In this document: in pieces, positions 12,355-25,350 of the stretch
How the letters are laid out: each line of letters starts with the position of its first letter
Numbering within the stretch: position 1 is the stretch's first letter
Assembly: GCA_964016885.1 (NCBI GenBank)
Contig: OZ024742.1
Location: forward strand, 292,082,001-292,146,000
Origin: Eledone cirrhosa
Lineage: Eukaryota
DNA: 64,000 nt
Direction: 5' to 3'
The notes under the pieces: generated by a model
Told to the model about the DNA's origin: nothing
Seen by the model: the letters and a program-made list of their open reading frames with translations, nothing else
Database searches by the model: none
Translations under genes and position numbers: made by a program

Positions 12355-13103
12355 AGAATAGATAATCTCCGGTTAATTTACACAAACAATATAGATGTCA
12401 CAATAATACTATAATAATAATATACTAACATTTATAATATACAATATATAATGGTACTCAAGTTAACAAATAAATTCATACTGGGTTACAGAGTAGGTGA
12501 GGAAAAATAAATTGTACAATACCCAAAAAATTATGATGGTACAAAAAATACAAACATCTTACATGATATATAAAGTTTAACATATCATAATGTTACATAT
12601 AATTAACGTTAAGTAATAAGGATCAATATTACAATAAAAAATACAATATAATATAATATATTATATAAAATAAATTAACATAATATAATATATAATTACT
12701 TATAATTACAAGGTTGGTGAACAGATATGCATGTGGATGAGTGAGTAAGGGCCAGACAGTAAATATAATGCACAGTAGTATTACAAATAAAATATAAAAT
12801 ATAAAATATAGAATAAAATAAATAAATAGAATCAACCGGAAATTAAAAAACAAAAACAAACGTATACATTTAGGTCTCACATGCAGTTAAGTAAAAACTA
12901 AGGAAACAACCCCTGTAAATGACTCGAAAACTCTATTTGATAAATTAATATTAAAAATATTTAAACTATCCAATAAGGCCGTATAATATTAGCTATAGTT
13001 TAAGTAACTATATATACTGGTATTTTGGCCTTTATATATATATATCTGTCATTTCTATAATACGAAGAGGGTGTTTAACTCCAACACGCTCCAGTATTTT
13101 AAC

Positions 13104-13196
<93 letters not shown>

Positions 13197-13444
13197 TATA
13201 CATATATATATATACATGTTCTCTCCCTTCTTTGTCAGTTGACACACTTAGGAAGCTTTTTCTTCTATATTTGAGTACCCTACAGACATAACTTGTCTCT
13301 ACGTGCACTGGAATGAATAGCATCAACCTTAATGGACCGAAACTGTAGTGATTTCTAGAGTTTGACTGAGGAGATAGGACTGCCCATCTTTCAGTTGTTT
13401 TTTCTATTGTCTTTCTATGTGCCCCCTATTTATATATAGAGATA

Positions 13445-14525
13445 TGTTTCTTTATTAGCCACAGGGGCACAAAAGAAGGGGACAAATACAAAAGAGGAAG
13501 TTTACATACAATAAAAACGTGTAAAATATTATCACAAATGCAATTAAAAAAATTAGTCGATTTTCCCCAATAGGGGGAGACAGTTCATATGGGTAACACA
13601 TACCCCTGAAAAAAATGTGCAACCCTCATCTCCAGGAGTACGAAGAGTTTGTACTCCTTTCCTCTACTCCTTCTTTTCCTCAACCTACAGGCTGATATAG
13701 AGAGAAGGCCCATTCACTCGGGCCATTCTCGCCACTTTCACCCACCTTTCATAAAACTTGCTAGGGTACAGCACCTCTCTCTCCATCCTGATTCTTCTTC
13801 CAAAGTGGTATTTGAAAAAAAGAATCAGTTGTTGGCCGGAGATAAAGGTGTCTGACCTCAGCCCTTTCAACCTTGTCCACCATACAACCTCTTTCGCCAT
13901 AGCTATCACACAAAGGAAAACCGCCTCTCCTTCGTTTTTGAAGGAGGGTGGCGGTTTGATCATGACAATGGACTCGGTGGTCAACCGGATTGCGACAATA
14001 GTCGTTCTACATAGCGCCACAGGTCAGTGACGCCCGGGCAGTGTATGAATGCATGCGCGACGGTTTCTTCGTCTCGCATGCACCTTGGACAGATCTTTTT
14101 TGCAGGGTCCCTGCCTGGGCGCCCATGTCTGTAGAGCTTGTCTCGAACTGGTAGAGCTCCTCGGTAGCACTGCCAGGCCAGAGACTTTTGGAAGTTGTCC
14201 ATCGGTCCCGGGCAGAAGGTCCTACCGAACAGACTGGCCAGTTCATCTTCCTCTACGCCTAGAGTTTCACCGAGCGCGTCGTCGCACTTGCTGCAGATCA
14301 ACCCTCTATAGAATGACGAAGTGGAGTCTCCACTGATTGCCGGGTCCGCCTGCCAGAGGGCTGTGAGCACCTGATCACATTCGATGTGCCAGTCGCCCAT
14401 TTTCCTCGGTCTTTGCTTGACCCAAGACTGCAGCTCGGTCAGCGAGATGAGTCATGGGAAGGCTTGCCTCACGAACGGGGCCCACACCGGTTGTCCGGTG
14501 AGGAATACGTAGAGATGCCGCAGCC
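13445..14525 (-). mobile_element. Tx1/L1-type LINE 3' fragment (zf-RVT region and 3' UTR)
   Basis: ALPVRDKL...CPRC...ETVAHAFIHC zinc-knuckle motif in ORF 13981..14400, continuing by frameshift into 13685..14020; AATAAA at the 3' end; candidate TSD TATAGAGATA at 13435-13444 and 14526-14535. Confidence 0.85.
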
Positions 14526-14554
14526 TATAGAGATAGATAGATAAACAGTTCTAT

Positions 14555-14652
14555 ACAAGCGAGACATGGTCTCCCAACCAATCTTGCCTCAAGTGGGACA
14601 AAACCGTCCAACCCATGCTAGCGTGGAAGATAGACATTAAACGATGATGATG
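14555..14652 (+). mobile_element. RTE family B extreme 3' fragment
   Basis: TTGCCTCAAGTGGGAC...CCCATGCTAGCGTGGAA...(GAT)n. Confidence 0.85.
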
Positions 14653-14750
14653 AGATAGATAGATGTGTGTGTGTATGCATACACACATATAGAGTAATAT
14701 ACATATATATGTGTATATATATATATATACACACATACACACACATACAC

Positions 14751-14806
<56 letters not shown>

Positions 14807-15897
14807 ACACACATACACACAAATATATATATATGTGTGTATCAATTGTTGTTGTTTTTTTTGTTGATATTTTGTTTCAGAAATTAATCACCTGCCATTC
14901 AATTAAAGCAATAAGAAAATTGTGAAAGAAAGTTTTAAAAATCTAAAGAAGTAAAATGTCTTTTAAATTACTTTCTGTTATTTTATGTGTGACAAAATGT
15001 GGGTGGGCAACATATTGATTATGGCAGATTTCTGGTTCACTTTAAGCTTATGCATCCATTCATCCATACATACACATACATAGGTGCATGCATCCATCCA
15101 TCCAGACACCCAGACATACATACATTACTACATGATGGTGCATGTCGATTTTGTGTAATGCTATTGCTTGATACTTAAGAAGATGTCAGATATCTTAATG
15201 GAAGCTAGGGGGATACAGTTGTAGAGTAAAGTTTCTTTTGGCTTTTAGAATGTTGAAAGTCTTGGTGTGTAAATGTAAAACAAACAAAAAATTGTTACAT
15301 TATAGGCCTTATCTCTCTGTGGACAGGTAAACAGGATTGATCTGACTAATATCTGGTCTTGTTAGACCTTCATCGGAGGAAAAAAGCCAATCTTTTTTCC
15401 GTGGGGAGCGTAGTAGATTATATCAATCTATAGTGTATATAAGACTTGATGAAAGTGGTCAGATTGATTCTGTACTGTAACCTCTTTGTTTACACTTCAC
15501 AGTGAGGCTGAAATTCTATGGTGAATCTTACAACTCAAAATGATGAGCAGTGCACTATGAATTAGTCAATATGTAGTTAGGTGGTTTAATCTACCTTTAA
15601 ACTTAGTAGTAGCTATTCCAATTGCTCAAATTTTCTTTACTATGCTCAAAATCACTTCCATCTGCAACAGATTTATTATAGAATATTTAACAAAATTGCT
15701 ATCAAAATATCTTATTCGGCCACATCTATCTTTGTCAGCATTATCACATCTTCCAGCCTAGCAAAACTAGTATCATCTCTACTATTAATAATTAATTGTA
15801 TGAAGCCAATAATTGCCACTTTAATTCTAGCTGTTTAGCCAAAAATATTGTTAACCAAATACGAATTACACATTCCAACGAAAATACATATTCATCA

Positions 15898-16190
15898 TAG
15901 TTCAATTCTCAGACCGGGTGATGTGTTGTTTCCTTGAGTAAGACACTTTATTTCACATTGCTCCAGTTTACTCAGCTGTAGAAATGAGATGATGGGGACT
16001 GGGGTCCCTATCATTCCACTGCAAAGTGGTCGTGGAGGTGCCACGGAAAAAAAGCACCCACCACTCACTGTAAATGAGGTTGGTGTTAGGAAGGGCATCC
16101 AGCTGTAGAAATCAAGCCAGAATCAGTTCCCGTCCCACCCTTGCAAGCAAGGAAAAAGCGGTCATAAAATGATGATGATGATGATGATGA
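15898..16190 (+). mobile_element. CORE-type SINE with RTE-A tail, 5'-truncated at the B-box
   Basis: Collinear with 8704..8990. Confidence 0.88.
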
Positions 16191-16284
16191 TCTCTAAGCT
16201 AATTCTTTTAGATTTTACTATTACTAGCATGACCACTCATTTCAAAATTCTATCAGAAGCAATACTACTTGGCTAAAAGTCTAT

Positions 16285-16795
16285 AGTTATATTCTGTAGT
16301 AGAGTGTGGCATTGAAAATATATATACAGAGACAAGATATTTACAGATGTCTGTACATGGAGTGTTAACTAAAATCTTTAGATATATTCTATAGTTGATG
16401 TTGGCAGAACTTGTTGCCTAGTATTGGGATGCTCATCAACATTTCCTTCTATACAAAACGAGTCATATGTTGGATCTGAAGAGATGTCTGCAGCCACTGC
16501 ACATAGTAGAGTAGGATAGTTTAGGGATAGAGGGCTCTGGCTTTTCTTTGGGTTCTATTCATCTGTTCTATAGTATAGTATAGTATAGTATAGTATAGTA
16601 TAGTATATATAAAAACATATATAAAATGTTGGTTATTATCTATAGATATATTTTGTAGTACAGTGTGGCATTGATAAAATGTATACAGAGACAAGATATT
16701 TACAGATTTCTGGACATTGAATGTTAACTAAAATCTATAGATATATTCTATAGTATTCTATAGATATATTTTGTAGTACAGTGTAACATTGAACA
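16285..16795. repeat. Local ~100-bp direct duplication (16290-16395, 16645-16752, partial third copy) with (TAGTA)n
   Basis: GTGTGGCATTGA...TACAGAGACAAGATATTTACAGAT...TGTTAACTAAAATCT.TAGATATATTCTATAG is repeated. Confidence 0.8.
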
Positions 16796-18439
16796 TATCA
16801 GATGAAAGGTGAATGTAAAATATATATTACTAAACAGAATTGAAATCTGTTCATTCTACACCAAGGTTATATGTTTTATCAACTTGGTAGAATATTAGAA
16901 ATGATTATTTTATTCTTTTACTGGTTTTAGTGATAGACTAAGACCATGTTGGGGTATAGGTTTAGTGGGATTTAGTTGATCATATTAACTGCCAGTTCTT
17001 TCCTTTTTCTAGTCTTGTACTTACTTTACTAATCTCTTCTTTATTAAACCACTAAGTTGTGGATATAAACGAACGTTAAACATAAACACATATATGGACA
17101 CATACTCACACATATACACACACACATACACACATGTATGGTATTGGTGAACATGGGAAGGAATATAGCAGAGATTAATAGTTTATTAAGATTGAGTCAG
17201 AGGCCTGTTATTCTAGAGTTTCTCCTCTACATGTCAAGGGTAATCAAATCCTGTAACTCACAAGAGAAACTCCAGAGTAACAGGCCACTGATATGACCTT
17301 ATTAAACTTCACACACACACACATACATATATATATATACATATATATATATATACATATAATTACATATATATATACATATATATTTCTTTTTGTCTAT
17401 CTGATTCTCTCTCTCTCTCTCTCATAAAGTATTGGTCAACCCGAGGCTAGAGTAGTAGAAAACAGTTGCCTAAGGTGTTGCTATGCAGTCAATGAGAATA
17501 AACCTGAAAACATGTGGTTTACAAAATGAATGCCTTAACCACACAACTATACCTGTGTCTATCTGATAGATAATAAAATATACTATGTGATCGGCATGTG
17601 ATGGTGTGTTTGCCAGTTATTTATAACATGATGTGACATGATGTGAGTTAGCTGTGAACTAGTAAAATAATGAAATTCCTCTTGATTGTTAATTGTAGAC
17701 CAATCAGAACATTGATCACAAATCTTACATGAATAAGTTATTAGAAAATTAGCATTGACGATGCCAACACTGAGGAAAAGGAAGGTGGAAAGAGAATGGA
17801 AGAATATGGAATCTCTCCAAATTCCTGAATGGTGTGAAATGAGAGAAATAAGGATTGTGAAACAGATGTTTCCTTTTAGCCAGAAGCTGTTTTAGAATTG
17901 GTGAACTCAAATATTTGTTTGAAGAACTCAGTAAAATAATTTACACTTGAATTGTTTACATTTAAACAAGATCGTCTGCATTTGTATAACATGTTATCAG
18001 AAACATAGGATCGTTTATGCTGCAGTTTTAGCAAGTTATATCTGCTTAGATAAACAGCTGCATTAATATGTGCAAACTACTGTCTGAATATCCACATATA
18101 CATGTGTGTCGTTTGATTCTCTGACTTGTTTCAGTTATTAGACTGCAGATATTCTGTATTTTGTGGATGCAGCATAGTCAAATGGTTAAGAAGTTTTCTA
18201 GGTTATCATTAGGCCTTGGTAAGTGTCATTTAACATAACCTTATGATTATCTATGCTTTGGGTAGATAGAAACTGTTTGGAAGCAATTCAAGCAGCCAGC
18301 CTGGTCACACACTGTATCATGTTGAATCTGCACAAGAATTATATTAAGGGTACACATGTCTGTGGAACACTCAGCCATTTATACATTAATTTCATAAGCA
18401 GGCTGTTCCATATGAAGTTTACATTGTATGTGATACGAT

Positions 18440-21400
18440 ATCATCATCATCATCATCATCATCAACGTTTAACGTCCGTGTTCCACGCTTGCATGGGTTT
18501 GGACGGGGGTAGTCCCACTTGAGGCAAGAGTGATTGTCTTGCTCGCATAGGACTGTCTGGCAGGTTTTCTACAGTTGGATGCCCTTCCTAACACCAACCA
18601 CATTTACAGTGTGGGTCTGGGAGGTTTTACCGTGTTGCCTACACGGCCACATTACAGCGTGGACTGTGTGTTTTTTTGTCGTGACACCTACACGATCTCA
18701 TTTGTTTCGGCCTGGATGGTGTGGCACCAACATAACTTTACATAGAACGGGGTGGTGTGGATGGGGTGTGTGTGTGGGGGGGGGTATTTTGTTAGAGATG
18801 CCTACTGGCTGTAGTAGGTTTTACTATGTATTTAGGTAAGGCGGGTCTTCTCTGTTACTGAGTACCGCCAAAGGTCTCGGTCCAGTGACATTGTCTTGGA
18901 GAGGTGTAAGTGTGTGAGGTCGGAGTTTATCAGCTCGTCCCAGGTTTTTCTAGGTCTGCCTATTCCGTGGCTACCGTCTATCTTTATTGCCCTGCACTTT
19001 GTTATACAGCTATCGACTTTCATGCGCATCACGTGTCCATACCAACGTAGCCTTCTCTCGAGTAAACAACATCTGATCCCTCTTATTTCTAATTTTTTCC
19101 TTAGTTCGTTTATGCTTTGCCGTTCACGTATATTACTGTTACACATCCAGCGGAGCATGCAAGCTTCGTTCCTCTCTAGTCTGCGTATATCCTCTGCACA
19201 CAATGCCCAGGTCTCACTACCATGCAACATTGCTGTTCGTATGCAGGCATCGTACAACCTGCCTTTCACTTTTAGGGAGAACCCTTTAGCAACTAATAGT
19301 GGTATAAGCTCTCTGAACTTTTTCCAACCAGTTCTGACTCTAGCTACTGTACTTTCAGAGCACCCTCCCCCACTGCTGATTTTATCACCCAGGTAACGGA
19401 AACTGTCCACTATTTCTATAGAACCCTCTGCGCAATTGAAAGAGCTAGTATTTTGTGGGCACTTGCTGCTACTTATTGCACCAGAGCACCGGCCACATGT
19501 AAAATCTATGTTCTTAGTTAGCTTACCTGTGATCCCACTACATCTTTTATGCACCCATACTTTGCATTTAGGACATAAAATGGAGTTTCTACCTACGCCT
19601 TTCCTACACACCGAGCACGACCATTTCCCAGAAGGGACCGCCGCCTTATTTTCTTTCCTACAAACTAGAACTTTAGTCTTAGCCAGGTTAATTTTAAGGC
19701 CTTTTGATTCTAGGCCGTGCTTTCATGTTTGGAATTTCTTCTCTAGCTCGGCCATTGATTCAGCTATGAGCATTAGATCATCTGCGTATAGGAGTTCCCA
19801 TGGGCAGCCGGTCTTGAACTCCTCTGTTATAGCCTGAAGGGCAATAATAAATAGTAGGGGGCTGAGAACAGAGCCCTGATGGACGCCAACTTTTACGCTA
19901 AACTCTTCACTATATTCGTTGTTAATTCTAACCTTGCTGACTGTTTCTTTATACATGGCTTGTATAGCTCTCACAAGCCATTCGTCAACGCCTAGTTTTC
20001 TAAGAGCCCACCAGATAATGGAGCGGGGGACTCTGTCGAAGGCTTTCTCCAAGTCGACAAAAGCTAAGTAGAGGGGTTTACCTTTAGCTAGGTACTTCTC
20101 CTGTAGTTGTCGTACTATGAAAAGAGCGTCTGTGGTACTTTTGCCTGACACAAACCCGAACTGCATTTCATCTAGGTCAATTCTCTCTCTGATTAGTTGT
20201 GCTATTACTTTTTCCGTGACCTTCATGACCTGGTCGATTAATTTAATGCCTCTATAGTTACTCCTATCTAGGGCGTCTCCTTTACCCTTATAACAGTTAA
20301 CAATGATGCTGCTATGCCAGTCCTTCGGAACAACCCCATTCTGTACGACTTGGTTAACTATGCGGGTGACCATGGTGTGTCCCACCGTGCCAGATGCCTT
20401 CAGCATCTCAGTAACTATTTCCGAAGGCCCAGCCGCCTTACCCGTCTTCATATCCTTGATTGCCTTACTTATTATACTCCCCTCGACTAACACTGCTGGT
20501 CCCTCTATTGGGTCGATATGGGGGAGACTGTCTTTCTCCCATTTATTCTCCTCATTTAGTAGCCTTTCATAGTGACACTTCCAAGCTACCTTCTTATCAG
20601 TGTCGGTGATGGCAAGTGTGCCATCATCGTTTAGTACACACTTCTCCCCGACAATATCACGGTTTTCCTTGACGCATTGCCTAGCAATCCTGAACACCTC
20701 ACGTTTTTGGTCATCGCGTTGTAGAACATGCTTGAACTTTCTTTCCTCAGCTTCCCTTCTTGCTAAGTACACTTGTCTCCTAGCTTCCCTCCTGGTCACT
20801 TGATAGTCTTCTCTACTTCCCCCATCCCGCCATACTTTCGAAGCCTGCTTTTTGGCCTTAATTGACCCCTCCACCTTACTGTTCCACCACCATGTTACTC
20901 TCCTCCTGCCTACAGGCCTGCTCCAGCCACAGACTTCGTCTGTCGCCAACAGCAGGTTTGCTTTCAGAAATTCCCACTCTCCCTCTATATTGTCCGACTC
21001 TAAATGTTCTTCCTTACTGTCGAAAGCATCAAGTAATATGCTTTGAAATTTATTCCTGGCTGTGGGGTCCTTTAGCTTCCATATTTTTCTCCTGAGGATA
21101 GTCCTCTTCTGCTGTCGAGTACGTCTCGTCCTGACTATGAGGTCGCTAATTATCAGTCTATGTTGGGAGGTGCATTCTTCATGGGGGAGGGATTTAGTGT
21201 TTACAACAGACACTCTGTCACGTCTTCTGGTAAGGATATAATCTACCTGGCTTGTGTGTTCCCCGGATCTATAGGTGATCAGGTGATTGTCACGTTTTTT
21301 GAAGTTAGTGTTACAGATAGTTAGGTTATTTGCATCACAGAATTCCAAGATTCTGGAGCCTTCCTCATTTCTAGTACCAAACCCATAGCCTCCATGGATT

Positions 21401-21611
21401 CCGTCGTAGCCGTCACAATGTTGTCCAACGTGACCATTTAGGTCGCCTGCAATAATTATATAGTCACTGTCAGATATTTGGGAGGTAGTTAGCATCAGTG
21501 TCTCATAGAATCTGTCTTTTATAGTGCCGGGCAGTCCGGATTGGGGTGCGTACGCAGATATTACTGTCACCGTAGTTCTATTGAGGACAAGTCGTATTTT
21601 AATTATTCTGA
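18440..21611 (-). mobile_element. RTE LINE family B, near full-length, 5'-truncated in APE, single TGG>TGA stop at 19723
   Basis: ORFs 19723..21657 and 18832..19611 are in the same frame; SAYAPQ, AGDLNGHVG, YADD and C4HC3 finger present; (ATC)n tail. Confidence 0.95.
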
Positions 21612-21619
21612 TATAGTCT

Positions 21620-21945
21620 ATATTATTTGTGCTGCTATATTTGTCAGTAGTGTACATGCTACCATATCTGTTGTCTTTATTTATGTACTACCATATCTGT
21701 AGTATTTACTGCATGTGCTACCCTATCTGCTATCTTTATTCTATGTGCTACCATATCAGTACTCTTTATTGTATGCACTACCATTTCTGTAGTCTTTACT
21801 ATATGTACTACACAATCTGTAGTTTATATTATATGTGCTACCATAGTTATTTGTTGTTAATGTATGAGCTACCATATTTAGTCTCTATGCTACCACATCA
21901 GTAATATTTTTTTTATGCTCTACCATATCTGTATTATTTCTATAT
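21620..21945. repeat. ~31-bp minisatellite, about 10 diverged units (core TGTGCTACCATATCTGTAGT)
   Basis: Directly visible; explains the C/Y-rich ORF 21629..21904. Confidence 0.85.
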
Positions 21946-22458
21946 TGGTTTTAGATAGAAGACTTCTATTACATGCTGACCAGTCTAATTTATTTCAAAT
22001 ATTGATAAAGTGTTTCCTGGTCATTTCTCAGGTAATTAAATTTCTTTCAAAGATGTTGCCACTTCAACAGCCTAATATTTCTTAACAAAAACTGACATTA
22101 CTGACAAAACTCTAATAATTATTCTGAACATGACAAATAAGTTGGAAATATTGGTTGTATTGTTTTAACACTTCTCAGACAAAACCTACAGAGGCTTCAT
22201 ACTCTAAAGACACAGAGCTATTTTTATGAGATACAAAAAGGATAAAGGTGTTTTTGTTTAGAATTTTGTAATAAAATATTGGAATCCTAATTGACAGAAG
22301 AGTGTAAAGAATTATAATGTGTTTTAATATAGTGTAAAGCTTATAAATTCATGGTTCTCAAGTTTCAAAGTTAGACACATCTGTTTAACTTTGAAACACA
22401 CATGTGCACATTTAATATCTGAAACTCTGAAACTTGTACAAGAATAAAGGAATATATA

Positions 22459-22835
22459 TCATCATCATCAGGTCGAGCTTGCTCGGCTTTCTACGACACG
22501 TTTTCTCCATCCATCTCTGTCTCTCATAGCGTTTGCCAGTTCTTCCGCAGTGCATCCAGTATCGTCCTCAAGTTGCTTGACGTATGTCTTCTTGGGACGA
22601 CCAGCGTTTCTTGCTCCATGAGATGGACTCCATAACAACACATCACCTGCTATTTCTTCCTTGCTGCGCCAACAGTGGCCAGCAAATCTGAGTCTCTGTC
22701 CACGTATTGACCTGCTGATAGGTGGTATATTGCCATAGAGATCCTTATTTGTTGGGTGTTCCCTCCAAGACACGTTCAAAAAGCTAGCCGGGGCATACAC
22801 ACGTATGCTCCGTGCTGCTTTAAACGTGTCTTGGA
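22459..22835 (-). mobile_element. 3' fragment of a third RTE-like LINE family
   Basis: LNVSW.EH.TN..LY, RLRFAGHC, GRPKKTY and AMRDRDGW are typical RTE C-terminal motifs; (TGA)n tail. Confidence 0.85.
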
Positions 22836-22884
22836 ATATATATATCATCATCATCATCATCGTTTAACGTCCATCTTCCACGCT

Positions 22885-22963
<79 letters not shown>

Positions 22964-25175
22964 TAGTGGCGTAGCTAGGGTAAACGGCGCCCAGGGCAAG
23001 CATCAAAATTGCTCCCCCCAGCCCTCAAAAAGTCAAGATCCACAAAGACGAAATTGTGGTAGAATTTATAATAAAAAAACAAAAAACGGTTACAACTTGA
23101 TTTTTCGGGCTTTTAATGAGGCAGACTGGTTGATAATTTCCTCGAAATCAGTTCGTTCAAACTCTTCGATTTCTACACTCAAAAGGGCGAGGTCAGTCAG
23201 CCGTTGTTGACCCATTGAGGTTCGCAAATACGAATGTATTAGCTTCAGCTTGCTGAACGACCTCTCGTAACTGGCAATTGAAATAGAAATCGTCAACATT
23301 ATTTGAATGCTGATTCGCAAATTGGGAAAAACACATTCATCGCCGTATTGTCTGGTGAATTGGAGAAGTGCCTCCGGCTTTAAAATTGGGTCAGCTGTCC
23401 TAGTAGCGAGCAAAGATCGGCAGTCAAAGAATTCCTCATTCAACTGCTCTCCATCGATGTCGGAGTTGTATAGTTCCGCAAGACTGTTGCACCTTTGTTT
23501 AAGGACAAGGATATCAGGAGCAGCCAAATAAAACAGATAGTTGACATCAAGAAGAAAACCGTTCTTCCATTTCTGTTTGAAGACGATTGAGTGAACTTTG
23601 CATTGCTCTCTCTATCTCTTTTCTGGCAGCCACCTTGACGTCCTCAGTAATTTCGGTATTGGTTTGTCGTCTTCCTCGCCTCCTCGGAAAATCGACATTC
23701 CATTTCTGGCAGAGGTCGAAGCCCATTTCAAGAGAGTCGTGGATTAAGGATGTTCCTTCTTCTTTAAAATAAAGTTGAAGGGCTCCTATATCAACTGCAG
23801 CATCGAGAAAATAGATTCTTGGATCTTGAAGCCTCTTTTGAACCCGGTCAATTCGTGAGAGAATCGTGTTTCAGAATCCAATCAAGTTCAGGAATTCATA
23901 ACTCAGTATCCGATTATGGAGATTACTGGCATCACTTCTACTCTCGCATGTCTCTGTTTCATCATCACTAATTTTTTCGAGAACTTGAACAATCAGCGTC
24001 AAATAATTCGCCACCGGTCTGACTGCGGTACATCTAACACTCCACTGCGTGTCGAAAGGATATTTAACAACCACTGGAGCAACTTCTTTAAGGGCTACCC
24101 ATCGTCGTGTTGAACGAGAAAAAAAGTTGTATAACGAGTCAATGCAACTGAAAAAGTTCATCATAGCAGAATCGTTTTTGGCTGCATAAAGACCAGCCAG
24201 ATTAAGTGAATGGTTATCGTAATTAACGAAGTGAATCAAATTATTCTTCGCTCTCATTCTCTGCTGAACCCCGCTGCAGTGCCCAGCCAATATAGCAGCA
24301 TTGTCGTAGCACTGCAATCGACAGTTCTGCAGTGGTAGGTCATCTTTTTCTAGTTCTTTCACGATTGTTTCAACAAGGCTTGCGGCATCTTTTTTGATTA
24401 CTTGAATGAATCCAAGAAAAGATTCCCTCACAACAACTGTCTTCATATTGAAATCAACATCGACATATCGCACAACTTTTGACAGTTGTTCTCGGTGCAC
24501 CTGGTTAGGGGTCGAATCAATCAGCAGACCATAGTATCTTGCTTTTTGGATACGATTTAGTAAATTCTGACGAACTGTATTATAGAAGAAAACATTGAAC
24601 CATCTAAACTGGAGTCAAATTGAATTCCTAATAGAAGCTATCCGATCCTATCTGGCCATTTGGATTATGATGCCTTTTCTATACGTCTTATGTACCAGTT
24701 GTAAAAGACAAACTACTCTGTTTTGTAAACCATCTTCATAATTATAATTATCTTGTATTGGTCATTGCAATGCATTGCTAAAAATAGCGCTTGCGTGTCC
24801 ACCAGTTGCACGTCCAAAATTACGTCCCTTCAGTCAGTGTGTTTGTGTGGGAGGGGGGGGGGGGGTCAAGTGAGGTATCCGCTGTTTTGCAATGTATAGG
24901 CTAAAAATAGCGCCCGCATAATTGCGACCCACCCTGCTGTCAGTGAGAAGGGGGGGGGCGTTTTTGTGAAGTCAAATCAGACATCTGCTCTGTTTAGTGC
25001 ACTAGACATGGCATGGAAGTCGGCTATCAAGAAATCACATGCTTCATTTTTGGCTTATATTTTTAAAAATGATAAAAATGACATGGATGTAAATCGATCT
25101 AGGTCGAAATTGCGCCCCCCTAAATATGGCGCCCATGGCATGTGCCCTGCTTGCCACACCCTAGCTACGCCACTG
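22964..25175 (-). mobile_element. hAT-superfamily DNA transposon (ZMYM1/THAP12-like transposase), decayed, both TIRs present
   Basis: 17-bp TIRs (T/C)AGTGGCGTAGCTAGGG at 22964-22980 and 25159-25175; hAT dimerisation motif FPNL...ASYERSFSKLKLI..YLRTSM.QQRL..LALLS.E; QCYDNAA and HSLNL motifs; inserted in (TA)n. Confidence 0.93.
23090..24560 (-). pseudogene. hAT transposase pseudogene (fragments 23871..24500, 23090..23527)
   Basis: Motifs as above; interrupted by stops or frameshifts; N-terminal part apparently missing. Confidence 0.88.
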
Positions 25176-25207
<32 letters not shown>

Positions 25208-25208
<1 letters not shown>

Positions 25209-25350
25209 TAGGATTGGTGCTCTGAAAAAGCGATGTATACATGAATATATGTATAGTATATTTGGCAATATACTGTATGCTTAATTAATCTTCAAAATGT
25301 TTTTAATTAAGCATACAGTATATTGCCAAATATACTATACATATATTCAT
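25208..25350. repeat. Small fold-back: perfect 48-bp arms 25241-25288 / 25303-25350
   Basis: ATGAATATATGTATAGTATATTTGGCAATATACTGTATGCTTAATTAA and its reverse complement; related single arm at about 49851-49900. Confidence 0.85.

Larger units (their letters stand above)
9447..13030 (-). mobile_element. Probable PLE 3' non-coding remnant (9447-10120 and 12355-13030) split by an RTE insertion
   Basis: Starts at (TA)n with a hammerhead near the terminus; same strand-biased AT-rich composition on both sides of the RTE; same layout as 35790-37310. Confidence 0.5.

Noticed and set aside
15300-15380. Minus-strand CCGATGA-AGGTC TAACAA GACC hammerhead-like half
   Set aside because: Core mutated, and no GAAA or stem III follows.
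17690-18070. Possible host exon after a TTGTAG acceptor
   Set aside because: All three frames stop early; the 44-aa ORF from 17761 has no recognisable motif.
21620-21945. CRISPR-like or Cys/His metalloprotein repeat
   Set aside because: Plain decayed minisatellite with no unique spacers; eukaryotic context with no cas genes.
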